Shown here: one piece after another, positions 20,846 through 31,533 of the stretch
How positions within the stretch are numbered: position 1 is the stretch's first letter
Layout: every line of letters begins with the position of its first letter
Assembly: GCA_013416795.1 (NCBI GenBank)
Contig: RQSC01000858.1
Location: 1-64,000 of the forward strand
Direction of reading: 5' to 3'
From: Prasinococcaceae sp. CCMP 1430
Taxonomy: Eukaryota > Plantae > Prasinodermophyta
Length of the DNA stretch: 64,000 bases
Notes under the pieces: generated by a model
Database searches by the model: none
What the model saw: only the letters and a program-made list of their open reading frames with translations
Told to the model about the DNA's origin: nothing
Program-made: the position numbers and the translations under genes

Positions 20846-22509
20846 ATGGGCGTCGGCGCGGGCGGTGACGCGCTGCAAGATGGTGTCCTCGACGGCGGTG
20901 GGAGCGTGGGGGGGCACGAGGCGGTGGCTTTGGCGCACGAGCACGCGGGCGCGGTGACGAGGTGCGGCGCGCATGCGTAGAGCGGCGCGACGCGGCGCAA
21001 CACGGCGGCGCGAGCAGTGCAGTGCAGCGCGGCGCTCGCCCCGTCGTCGCCTGCCCTGCGAGGACTGTGGGGCTCACGCTGCCATCTCCGCGCCGCGGCC
21101 GCGCTCGGCACCCAGGAGTGTCTCACGGCGCCATGGCCAGCACGGCGTGTACTACGTCGCTCACTCTGCGCCCACGCCGCATGAGCGCGAGGTGGACGCC
21201 GCACTGGGCGGCTTCTTCAACCTCATATTCTTGCTCATGGTTGTGTTTCAGTTCTGCATCATGCTGTGGCGCACGCGCTCGCCCAAAACCTACACCGCCG
21301 TGACGCTCGGTGGCCTGTGGCTCTTCCCGCTTGGCTTCGCGGAGTACTTCCACCTGTGGACGTTCCTATCGACGGTGCGTGTACTGCGCACCCTCGCCTA
21401 GCTCGCGGCGCGCGCGCTGTGCGCCGCGTGGCTGCGCGAGCGCGCTCGTGCCGCTGACCCGCCCTGCGTTGGTCCGACTGGCGCTCGTTCCTTCGCACGC
21501 GCGATCGCGCGCGTGCGGCAACGCGCTGCAGTGGGGCGTCTTCTCGGGGGTCGCAGGGGTGCTGCTCTACCTGGCGGCGCAGCGCCCCCTCGCCCCGTCC
21601 ACGCCTCGCCGCGTATACTCGTGGTTTCTGGGCGTGCATAAGCTCAGCGTCTGGCTGGGCTCGATAGCGGGCTGCCTCATTTTCTTGGACTTCTTCGGCG
21701 TGCAGGTGCCGCAAGCGGGCACCGCGAAGGGGCTCAAGCTGTGGCCGCTCGGGGTGATCGGCATGGTCATACTGTTTTACGCGCTGTACTACGGTGTGCT
21801 AGGGCGCGACCTCGCCGAGGTGTGTGCGGATCGCATGGTGAACACGATGGGCGCCGTGACCAAGGGCGGGCGGCGCGAGCAAGGCCAATGTGCCACGGGC
21901 GCCGATGGCACGCGCCGCAGCACGCTACAGGCAGGAGTGCGCGCGGATCTGCGGTTCACGAGCAACGACGTCTGCTCGATCTGCAACTGCGCGCTGCCGC
22001 ACCCAGCCGCGGCCGCAACGGCCGCCCTGCCCTCAGCGGCGGCTGTTGCTGCCACACCGGGAATGCCGCCACTGCCGCCCCGTCCTGGGCACGTGGACAG
22101 GCTCGTCACGCTGCCCGGGTGCAAACACCAGTTTCACGAGTTCTGTCTCCGCGGGTGGATGATCGTCGGGAAGAAGGACACGTGCCCGTACTGCAACGAG
22201 AAGTGCGACATGCGAGCCTTAAAGCTCTCGCCGTGGGACAACCACTCCCACACTTGGATGCAACTGCTGGACGCGACGCGATATCTGGTAGTGTGGAACC
22301 CAATCATCCTTGTGTTCACTCTGCTGCTGCTCAAGGGCACCGGCTTCGAGCCGCTGCTGGAGGAGAGCCAGAAGCTTCACAAGGAGCACGCGCATCGTGA
22401 TGCCGCCTTGTTGAAGCAGGTCATTGCGGAAGCGGCGGCCGATAGCGCGCTCCACGCCTCTGCAGACGCCGCGGCACACTTGATAGCAACGCCAGCACCG
22501 CCTAGCTAG
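20846..22509 (+). CDS. RNF121: Transmembrane RING-H2 E3 ligase RNF121/RNF175-like, 3 exons (20846-20961, 21116-21374, 21532-22509)
   Basis: TPRRVYSWFL, LFYALYYGVLGRDLAEVCAD, CSIC..CKHQFHEFCLRGWMIVGKKDTCPYCNEK, LLDATRYLVVWNP. The first exon is less certain. Confidence 0.85.
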
Positions 22510-22637
22510 CTATAGTCACCAATCTAATAAGCGAATGTTGACGGGATCTTTGGCTCGGGATTGGCCGTATTACCTATCGCCACTACTACCTGCTCTATCA
22601 GCCGTAGTCTCTACCCTACTCTAGCTACTGTAGCTAG

Positions 22638-24819
22638 CTACCGGAGGTGTGCCGCGTCCGCAGTGGCCGCGGCAAAGCGTTTCAGCAGCGGCATGATCTC
22701 GCTGCCAGGAAAGCGCCCGAGTACGCCGTGCACCGCTTCGATCTCAGAGAACGCGGCCACGCCGTCCGTGAAGCCCAGCGCCGTCCCCGCAAGCGTGCTG
22801 CGCTTCGCAGCTCCCAGCGGCGTCCGCGCGGCGTTGCTCTTTGAAAGAGGGGGCACGGCCTCGGGCGAAGCGTCGATAGACTCGCCCGACGGCATCGCCT
22901 GTCGGCGTCTCTGCGGGCGCCCGCCCGCCCCGCCCTTAAAGTCCGGCCCCGGCGCCCCGTTTGTGTCTGCATCCATCAGCGCACCAGACAGCAGAAACCG
23001 TCGTTTGCATGTCAACTTGTTGTGACACTCGTTGTCTCCGCACGTGCACCCGTCACCGGTGCCGCAGTTTAACCCATTGGAAGGGTCGCAGATCCGGATG
23101 GGCGATGGGTCGGTCGAGGCTTCGAGGCAGGCCTGCTCCCCGAGCGCCTCGACAGCGTCGACGAGCCTAGCGACCGCGAATGGTACAGGCTCTAGAGAGT
23201 GGTCGCCGAAGGCCACAGGTGTGGAGTGGTCAGCAGTCACGCAGATGATATGCTTTGGGCGCGTCCCTCGAGCCTGAAGCGGGGCGCCGGCACCATCGAC
23301 GCCGCGCTCCTCGCGCCACAGCAGCCCCATGAGCCTCGCCAGCATCGCATCGACTGCCTCGATGGCATTGACCTTCAGGGGGGCGTTGCCGTCGTGGCCG
23401 GCATCGTCGATCGCCTGGATGGAAATGCCGTGAGGTCGTCGGCGCGCGCGTCGTGTCAGCGCTTGGTCGATGCGCACGCATATGCGAGCACTGCACTGGC
23501 AAGGCGCTCGCGCGCTTAGGCGCGCCGTGCGGTGGCGGCCCGGACCTTGACGTGGGCGAAGCACATGTCATAGGTGCGAGTGGTCTCAGGGTCGGATCCA
23601 CGCAGAGCGCTGGCGACGCGCGCCGCCTTTGCGCCAAGGTCAGTGTGGTAGTCCCCGGTGGCGCCATCTGCGGAGAGGATGTCGAAGCCAAGCTGTATGC
23701 CCATGCCTGCGATGACCTTCGTCGGGGCCACCATGGCCGCGCGGAGGCCATGCCGTTCCGGGAAAGGCTCTGTGTCGAGGCGCACGCCGCAGCCGCGAAG
23801 CAACACAACGTCGGCCGTGGTCATGCCGAGCGCACGGCGCTCGGCGTTGATGGGGTGTGACGATAGCACGCGACGGAACGCGTCTGAGACGACTTGGACG
23901 ACTTTGGCTGAGGTGCAGGCCTCCGTGGTGTCATCAGTGGGCTCACAGCGCATGAGGCGCCTCCCGTCCTTCAGGGGGTCTGTGCCAGAGACGTTGCCGG
24001 AGAGACCTGGGCCGTGCACGACCACGCCACACCTGTGCTCCGTGGCATATCGCACAGACACGGAATGCTCCGGCCAGCCAGGCAGAGGCGTGCCGTCCAG
24101 CGCGGCACATAGCGTCGGCCCGAGCGCCTCGAAGTTGCGGTCGGCACGGCGCCGCACGACCACAGGGCACTCGTCTTCCACGCTCGCGCCGGTCTCAAGC
24201 GTGGCGAAGTTGCACTTGAATGCGATCTCACCGGGCGCCATATCGAGACCCTACGCGAGGGCAATCCGGGAGCACGCGTCGTGTCAGCCGCACGAACACA
24301 CGCGGCGTCAGCCAAGCGCCCATTGCCGCGCCGCCTCGAGCGCTGAGCCTACGGCACGGGCGCGCGCGATGGAGGCAGGCACGCGCGCGGCGCGCTGCGC
24401 ACCGCCCCAAGGCTTTCGAACGCGCCGCGGCCAACGTAGTACGTGCTTGGCGCGTATGACAACATCGAAAGGTGTGCCGTGTCGGAGCCGCACGCGAGGC
24501 CCGGCTCGACAGGGTCCACAAGGCCATTGAGCCCCGCGCACGCGAGCGCGTCGAGCGCGGGCGTGCGCGCAAGCGCAAGCGGCGTCGCCGCGCGGCGACA
24601 GCCGCCGCTGTCATACTCCTCTCCGCGCCGGGGACTTGCGCCCGCGAGAGCGTCGACCGCGCGCACGTCAACGTCCCCGAGGCCGTCGACCATCACCCAC
24701 ACGACCTTGACCGGCGCTGCCTTCGGCGCCTTCGCTGCGCATGCCGCCGCCCCAACCTCCGTTGCCGCCGCCGCCGCCGCCACCAGCGGCGAGGGATCTG
24801 CCGCGGCAGGAGGGACCAT
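22638..24819 (-). CDS. Cofactor-independent phosphoglycerate mutase, archaeal/ApgM-type (alkaline phosphatase superfamily), 3 exons (24819-24403, 24250-23546, 23414-22638)
   Basis: VMVDGLGD, PGLACGSDTAHLS, GRGAFESLGA|GLDMAPGEIAFKCNFAT, YATEHRC, FAHVK|AIDDAGHDG, CVTADHSTP..GDHSLEPVP. Confidence 0.87.
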
Positions 24820-25005
24820 TGCCACCGCCCCGCCCACGCACGAGAGGCGAGGGGGGCGGGGCGCCGTGGCAAGGGGGATAGGGGATGGGCGCCCCGCGCG
24901 GCTGTGTGGCTGCATCACGGCGCCGCCGCCCATCACTCCCAGATTTTTGCCCTGAATTTGCTGTCATTTTGGTCGCAATAAATAAAAGTATTACAGTACA
25001 AAAAA

Positions 25006-27033
25006 TTACCTGCCGCGCAGCCTGCGCAGCAGGGAGAACAGCCCGCCCGACCCGCCACCGTCGCCACTTGCCCTGGCGCGCCTTAGCAGCAGCGACATGA
25101 TCCCGCCGATGAGCATGCTCTGGAGTGTGCCGGTCATCAGAATGACGTTGTAGGGCATGGAGAAGTCAGGTAGCGGCTGGTCGAGGAGCAGCGCGTCGCT
25201 GTAGAGGGGCGCGAAGCCGTCACCCAACAGGCGGTCGTCGCGGCCGTGCCCTTCCAACGCGCTCAGGCGTGCGAGCAATGGTCGCTGCTGCAGGTCATGG
25301 CGCTCAGTGGGCGACGCGACTCCCATCACCCTCCAACTTCGGCCAGCCACAGCGGCCGCGCTCCTGGGGGCTGGCGTGAGCGCCAACATCGCCGCGGGTA
25401 TGTCCCGCCCTCGGCTCGCGTCAGGCAGATACTCGTCGACGTGCCTGAGCGTTGACTCGATGTCGGCGCGGAGCTCAATCCACGCTGAGCCACGCGGGAG
25501 CGCGCCGCATAGCTCCAGCGTTGCGGGCCTACCCGCCGTGGCGGGCACGAGGGAGTGCAAGGGGAACAGGGCCTGCCATTGCACCTCGCGCCCATCCAAG
25601 CGCGTGCGCATCGTGTGCAGCCATACTCGCGCCCATGCCGGCACCATTTGCAGCACGCAGAAGTGGATTGCCTCACCGCTGCCACCCCCTGTGCCCTCAG
25701 ACATGTAATTGACCCGGTCTAGGCGGATTTCGAGGACCGCAGTCCCGGCCGGTGCCGCTGCAGGCTGGCGCGCCGTACGGCTGATTCGTAACGGCGGCCC
25801 CCGTGAGGGTGGCCACATGCGTGCGGGCACCTCACCCGCAGCAGCCAGCGCCGCCAGGGACTCACCTGGAGCGAACTCGATCGACATGGGCGCGGAGCCA
25901 CCGAAACCAGCTGTGCGAGCTTCTGGCACCGCGAAGTCGAGCAGCACGCGCCGCAGCTCGCCCTCAATGCTATCAGCGCCTGCATTTGCGTCGGTTGTGC
26001 CACCCTCGTCGAGGACCGCCGATGGCTGCGGCGAGACCGAGTACGCCACGTTTCGAACGGCGTCAGCGCCCGCACCTCCGACGCGGACGCCGGCCGCGCG
26101 CAGGAGCTCGCCTTCGAGCTCGACGTACACGCGGCTGTGCCTCGCGACCTCGCAGCGACCGGTCGCGGGGCCGCCGGGAAGAATCTCTGACAGTCTCCAG
26201 CCAGCGCCTGCGCCGCGCGCGCTTGGTGGAAGCACGAGCTGCAGTGTCTGCACCAGCCGCGCGACGCCACCAATCGCGCTGATTGAGATTCCAAGCGAAT
26301 GATAGCTCGCGCGGTATACTGCTCGTCGACCGGCCTCGCCAGCGAGTAGCGCCGCGACGCCAGCGTGGTCACGGCACGGGAGAAGCTTGATCCAGGGCGT
26401 GAGATTCTCCACACAGACCGCCTCGCGCGGCAGCACACCGTAGCGCAGCTCGCCTGTGTCGCCGATGCCCGGCCGTCCCCTCGGAGGCGCGGCGGCGTCC
26501 CTGCTGCGCTCGTTGCGGCATGCCACGAGTGCGGGGGCTGTAACCTCGCCTGTCACCAGCCGCGGGATGGAAGTGCAAAGCATCGCACCTAGCGTGACCA
26601 TCAGCTCGTCCCACAGAGCATCTGCCTCGCCTGAACCCAGGTGCGGCGCGAACTCTGCCCACGCCTCTAGCCCAGCTGGGCGCGCACCTAAGCTCGCGTT
26701 GCCCCAGCGCGTGTAATCCCACCGACCGTGAGTGAAGCTTAGCTCGAGCTTTCGCACATGGTGTCGCCGCAGCACGGCGAGCGCCGCCGCAGGGAAGTGA
26801 CGCGGGAAGCGTTGCGCCGCCCCATTCTCTTCGCCGCCGCCGCCCCCCGGAAGCTCCTGCGCAAAGTGGAACAATGCGGCGACGGAGCCGTCCGGCAGCG
26901 GCCGCAGGAGCAGCTCCTCGTCGAACGTCTCGGCCGCGGCGGCAGTGGATGCTCCTGCGGCAGCAGCGGCGGCGGGTGGTGCGAGCGCCGGCGCGTGCGC
27001 CAGCGCCAGCGCCAGGGCCAACGCCAGCGCCAA
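25006..27033 (-). CDS. PIGT: GPI transamidase subunit PIG-T/Gpi16; start codon not resolved
   Basis: ETFDEELLLRPLPDG, LELSFTHGRWD, LPREAVCVENLTPWIKLLPC, LPDFSMPYNVI plus a C-terminal TM helix. An in-frame stop at 27067-27069 with no ATG indicates a damaged or missing 5' end near the N at 27102. Confidence 0.88.
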   Translation of the reverse strand: MALALALALALAHAPALAPPAAAAAAGASTAAAAETFDEELLLRPLPDGSVAALFHFAQELPGGGGGEENGAAQRFPRHFPAAALAVLRRHHVRKLELSFTHGRWDYTRWGNASLGARPAGLEAWAEFAPHLGSGEADALWDELMVTLGAMLCTSIPRLVTGEVTAPALVACRNERSRDAAAPPRGRPGIGDTGELRYGVLPREAVCVENLTPWIKLLPCRDHAGVAALLAGEAGRRAVYRASYHSLGISISAIGGVARLVQTLQLVLPPSARGAGAGWRLSEILPGGPATGRCEVARHSRVYVELEGELLRAAGVRVGGAGADAVRNVAYSVSPQPSAVLDEGGTTDANAGADSIEGELRRVLLDFAVPEARTAGFGGSAPMSIEFAPGESLAALAAAGEVPARMWPPSRGPPLRISRTARQPAAAPAGTAVLEIRLDRVNYMSEGTGGGSGEAIHFCVLQMVPAWARVWLHTMRTRLDGREVQWQALFPLHSLVPATAGRPATLELCGALPRGSAWIELRADIESTLRHVDEYLPDASRGRDIPAAMLALTPAPRSAAAVAGRSWRVMGVASPTERHDLQQRPLLARLSALEGHGRDDRLLGDGFAPLYSDALLLDQPLPDFSMPYNVILMTGTLQSMLIGGIMSLLLRRARASGDGGGSGGLFSLLRRLRGR

Positions 27034-27128
27034 CGCCGATGCGGATGAGCAGGAAAAGGCGAAGCCTCAGGATGGCGGCGAGATCGTCGTCACGGCCCGC
27101 CNAGGCATCCGTTGGCGTATCCACAGTC

Positions 27129-28910
27129 ATGAAACTCGCTCGCGAGTCGGGCATCCTGGTCTACCTTAGCGGCGGCGGCGGTGGCGGCGGCCCCAGCGGG
27201 GGGGGTGGCCGCGTCACCCGGGGAAGCGGGACGGACGGTGGCGGGGTGGGCGGGATCCGGGGCATGTGGGACGGCGCCGCCGCCGCGAGCTCTGAGGGTC
27301 TGGCGAACGGCATGGATGTTCGCGCGAGAAGCGCATACGCGTTCGCGACACTACTATACACCGATGAATTCCTGGTGGGCGCGCGCACGCTCGGCGCGAG
27401 CCTTGCCGCAACAGGCACGCGGCACGACATGGTGGCGCTGGTGGCGCCATCCGTGTCGCCTCGAGCCGAGGCTGCGCTAATGCGCGATGGGTGGCGAGTG
27501 CGGCGGGTCACAACGCGCGCGAACCCCAACGCAGATTACCCATCGCGTTTCTGGGGTGTCTACACAAAGCTGGAGGTCTTCGCGCTGACCGAGTACGAGC
27601 GCGTGGTGTATCTCGACGCTGACACGCTGGTGGTGCAGTCCTTGGACAGCGCATTCGACTGTGCGATTGCTGCCCTCGACGCGGATGCCGACGGGGCCTT
27701 CTGCGCGAACCTCAAGCACAGCGACAAGATGAACACGGGCGTAATGGTTCTCACGCCGAGCGCCGAGCTGCACGACGACATGGCGCAGCACGCGTCCACA
27801 GTGGCGTCGTACACGGGTGGTGATCAGGGCTTCCTAAATGTGTACTTCTCTCGCTTTGCCAACGCGCCCGTATGGCGCGCCTCGACGGACGCCGATACAT
27901 ACGCCTGCGCGCCCGTCGACCACGTTCAGGCGCTCGCTCGGCTTCCAGGTGGCTACAACTACGACGTTGGGCTGTACATCATCAACTCCAACCGGTGGAT
28001 GGTGAGCCAGGCCGAGGTTTTCGTGGTGCACTTCACGCTCGGGCCCCTCAAGCCGTGGCAGTGGTACGCCGGGTGGGCGGTGCCCACGTTCCGCACGCTC
28101 GGCTGGACGGAGGCGAGGAGCTCTCTCGAGGCGGAGTGCGCAATGTGCTGGGCGGGCGCGGGGTGGCCAGAGCTGAAGGAGCTGGGACTGCTGGCCGCGG
28201 TGCCCATCCTTGCGCTCGCAGTTTTTGAGCGTACAGTCAGGCGCCGCGCCGGGGTTGGTGGCGGTGCGGTCGCAGGGGCTAGTGCGACGGTGGGGAGGGG
28301 ACTTTGGCACCCGCGCCTGCGGAGCGGCTCGGGCTCAGGCGCGAGCCCGCTGCCCCTGCGCGAAAACGGCCACGCCCACGCGCACAGGGCGTCGAGGCAG
28401 GTTAGTGCCCGACTGCGCAGCGCGGCGATGTCACCCTCCGTCGTGGAACGGATGGCCATCGCATACGGGTTGGCGAGCGCGCTGGCAGGTGTAGTACTCG
28501 CCGCGAGTGTGGTGCCCACGCAGCTGCCCGCCGCGCTCGGCTGGGCGCTCTTCTACGAATGGTTGTTCGTGTTCGTTCGCGCGGCGTACGTGCTGATGGC
28601 GGCGATGACGCATGGCATCGGCGCAATGCGTGCGTCCTCGCCGGCTGCAGCGGATGCAGCAGGGCTGTCGCCCACCGCGGGCGGCTCCCTAGGCAGTGCG
28701 CGGCGGGCAGCGATCATGGGCGTCGCGCTCGCGCTCGCGCTGCCGTGGGCCAGCGCGGCAATGGGCGTGTACAACATCTACGCGCACATCGGCCTGGTGT
28801 GCGTCGGTGTGGCCACCATGGTGGGCTTCATCGTACGCATGGCGCCAAGGCTCGCCCTGGAGAGCTACAGGGCCGGCTGGTCCGACTGCGAGAAGAAGTT
28901 CTTGCCCTGA
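27129..28910 (+). CDS. IPUT1: GT8 glycosyltransferase, inositol phosphorylceramide glucuronosyltransferase (IPUT1/PGSIP6)-like
   Basis: TLLYTDEFLVG, RFWGVYTKL, YLDADT, FCANLKHS, SYTGGDQGFLN, YNYDVGLY..NRWMV, HFTLGPLKPW and C-terminal TM helices closely follow Arabidopsis IPUT1. The start is uncertain. Confidence 0.85.
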   Translation: MKLARESGILVYLSGGGGGGGPSGGGGRVTRGSGTDGGGVGGIRGMWDGAAAASSEGLANGMDVRARSAYAFATLLYTDEFLVGARTLGASLAATGTRHDMVALVAPSVSPRAEAALMRDGWRVRRVTTRANPNADYPSRFWGVYTKLEVFALTEYERVVYLDADTLVVQSLDSAFDCAIAALDADADGAFCANLKHSDKMNTGVMVLTPSAELHDDMAQHASTVASYTGGDQGFLNVYFSRFANAPVWRASTDADTYACAPVDHVQALARLPGGYNYDVGLYIINSNRWMVSQAEVFVVHFTLGPLKPWQWYAGWAVPTFRTLGWTEARSSLEAECAMCWAGAGWPELKELGLLAAVPILALAVFERTVRRRAGVGGGAVAGASATVGRGLWHPRLRSGSGSGASPLPLRENGHAHAHRASRQVSARLRSAAMSPSVVERMAIAYGLASALAGVVLAASVVPTQLPAALGWALFYEWLFVFVRAAYVLMAAMTHGIGAMRASSPAAADAAGLSPTAGGSLGSARRAAIMGVALALALPWASAAMGVYNIYAHIGLVCVGVATMVGFIVRMAPRLALESYRAGWSDCEKKFLP

Positions 28911-29186
28911 GCAAGGCCCCTTCCCCCCCCCCCCGCAACCCATGACTCCGATCGCACCCATCGCCCCTCAATCCCATGCACACAACATTCGACCCTTGAG
29001 CATGAGGGTGCGCGCCTCAATGCATTTTGACCTCGAGCTCTGCGGCAGTCAAGACGTACACCCTACCGTAATACCTTTCGAATCCTCGAAACCGATGTTT
29101 TTCGATGTCGAGGGGCGGGCCCCAAACCCTCGTCTCATCCACTTGGTGAGCTGCGTGGGCCTGCCGGCGCGCCGGCGGCCGCCGAC

Positions 29187-30390
29187 ATGCGTGGGGTGGG
29201 GTGGGAGCCGCGCGCGGCCGGGGGGGCCGCCGCCGCGCCGGCGTACGAGGAGCGCCTGCTCGATGCGCTGGAGTCAAAGTTCGACGCGGCGAGCGTCGCG
29301 CGCGTGCGCGAGTCGCTGGAGTTCACGCTGGCGGGGCGCGAGTATAAGGTGCGCGCGCTGAGAACTGCAAGCATGCGCGCGCCCAGAGCGACACGCGCGC
29401 CCACGTGCCGATGCACCCCGCGCGTCAATGGCACTCTCTCACACGCACACGCACATGTGCGCACGCGCGTCCGACCGCAGGTGGACCATGGCGTCGAGGG
29501 ACCGCAGGACGCGCACAGCTACGTGCCCGGGCTGGATGCAAAACCATGGCACGACGCGGCTGACCACGCGTGGGCGCGTGAGCTCATGGCCGAGTGGAAA
29601 GTGCCTGCAGACGAGCTCAAGCGCGCGCTTGACCCGTCCCAAGCGGCGGAGATTTCCGCCGAGGGCTATCGCGTGTGGGCTCCTGCCGCGCGCGAGGAGG
29701 GTGCTGCATACGGCGAGGACTGGCGCACGCTGGTTCTAATGGACAGGGGGAGATGGGATGAGGTGCGTCTACGTATGCGGGCTCGCGTGTGTGCCGCCGT
29801 TCAGACCTCGTGCCTGCCTTGCGTGACCTTGTGCGAGCGCACTCCGAAGCGCACTGCGTGGCTCTTCGGCTGACTTGCAGACGGGTGCGGTCGCGCGGCG
29901 CGCACGCGCGCGTGTACTGCAGTCCAATGCTGCCCTCTTCCCAGAGACTGTCGATCTCATCAAGCGCGCCGGCGTCCCAGCACAGGAGGTGTTCTTCGCC
30001 AAACAGCCTCCGGGCACAGGCATTAAGCCGCACACGGACGGCTGCAACTTCATCATGACGAGCCATCTTGGCCTAGACGTGCCGCACGAGGATGAGCGGT
30101 GTTGGATGCGCGTGGGCAGCGAGAGGAAGCCCTGGGCCAACGGTGGCATCCTCATGTGCGACACCAGCTTCGAACACGAGACGTACAACGACGCGGAGAC
30201 GGACAGGTACGTCCTGCTGGTCCGCCACTGGCATCACGGGCTCTCCAAGGCCGAGCGACGCGCGCTGCAGTGGGTCTTCGACGCGCTCGCCGACACCTCC
30301 GTTCCCCCAGGGAAGGTCAAGGTGCGCAAGGCTGCCACGGGCTCCAAGGGTAAGGCCAAGGCAAAGAGGAGGGGCTTCGGGGGGCGCTAG
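29187..30390 (+). CDS. Aspartyl/asparaginyl beta-hydroxylase-like 2OG-Fe(II) dioxygenase, 3 exons (29187-29348, 29481-29762, 29923-30390)
   Basis: YVPGLDAKPWHD, WRTLVL, FFAKQPPGTGIKPHTD, HLGLDVP, DTSFEHE..N..RYVLLV (HxD...H facial triad). All introns are phase 0. Confidence 0.82.
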
Positions 30391-30463
30391 GCGGCTGCGC
30401 GTGCCTGCCGTGCGAGCGAGGCAGCGCCTAACGAGACTTGATGAGAACACAACTACGCGTTCG

Positions 30464-31282
30464 ATGGATCTCCGCGCGCGCGCCATTGCGCTCACGCCGG
30501 GCGGCGCGTGGGCGCTCGCCGCCGCCACTGCGGCTCCGGCCGCGGCCATCGCGCATGTCAGAGCGCGCATTCGCGGCCACTGCCCGCGGGCGCGCGGAAC
30601 GCGCCGCGCCGCCCGCGCGCCCCCGTCCGCGTTCGAAGCCACGGACGCGGCGACTGTGGCGGGCGTGCTCGGGCTGGCATATGTTGGCTGGTCGGTGACG
30701 GTGTACTCCAAGGTGACGTTCGCGCTGGCGCGGCTCATCGGCCAGAAGGTACCGAAGGGCTCGCGCTGCGTCGAGCTCAACGCCGACAGCAAGAATCTGT
30801 ACTACTACCCGCCGGAGATGGAGATCGTGACCGCGGTGGGCAACGCAGGCGACAAGCTGAGCGAGCGGCAGTACCAGTTCGACGACGCGACCGCCAAGAC
30901 TGGCGTGGCGTGCGTGTGCGTGGACGACGCGCCAGAGCGCCTGTCAAGCGTGCGGGACGCCAGCGCGGACGCCGTGGTGACCAACTCGGCGCTGGCCGTC
31001 AGCCGCGACCCGGACGCGGTGCTCGACGAGGTTTTTCGCGTACTCAAGCCCGACGGCGTCTTCGTCTTCGTGGAGATGATCAACGGCGCCGCCAGCGGCA
31101 ACCTCGACAAGATCAAGTCGCGCCCCGAGGTGAAGGCCATCTCGGTGGACGAGGAGTTTCTCGGGGGCGCCAAGCCGCACGCCGTGGGCTACTGCACCAA
31201 GAGCGTCAACACGACCGCCGCCGAGCAGCTGGGCGGCAAGCGCAAGGGAAAGGCCAAAAAGCGCTCGGGCTTCGGTGGCTGA
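30464..31282 (+). CDS. Class I SAM-dependent methyltransferase-like protein, probable plastid transit peptide
   Basis: ADAVVTNSAL..DPDAVLDEVFRVLKPDGVFVFVE matches the Methyltransf_11 C-terminal half. Motif I is degenerate (VELNADS). The N-terminus is Ala/Arg-rich. Confidence 0.65.
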   Translation: MDLRARAIALTPGGAWALAAATAAPAAAIAHVRARIRGHCPRARGTRRAARAPPSAFEATDAATVAGVLGLAYVGWSVTVYSKVTFALARLIGQKVPKGSRCVELNADSKNLYYYPPEMEIVTAVGNAGDKLSERQYQFDDATAKTGVACVCVDDAPERLSSVRDASADAVVTNSALAVSRDPDAVLDEVFRVLKPDGVFVFVEMINGAASGNLDKIKSRPEVKAISVDEEFLGGAKPHAVGYCTKSVNTTAAEQLGGKRKGKAKKRSGFGG

Positions 31283-31533
31283 GCTGGCGCGCGACGGCCT
31301 GCACCCCCGCAAGCCTCCAGTGCTGCGCTCGGGTAAATACCGAGGGCTTGAGCAGCGCGCGCGCGCGCGCGCGAACGAGCGAGCGAGCCGCGTTGGTGAT
31401 GTTTGCTGTGGACAGATTGTCATGGACAGATTACGCGCAGGCGCGGCGGCGCGGCGGCGCGGCGGGTGAGCCCAGTCCGAAGATGGCATCTTGCGTCCGC
31501 ATACCCACCCCCCATCCCTCCACAGTCCGTTCG

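Noticed and set aside
3875-28910. ER/secretory gene cluster (SRP68, HSP90B, RNF121, PIG-T, IPUT1)
   Set aside because: The genes are interspersed with unrelated housekeeping genes, and such co-occurrence is expected by chance in a compact genome.
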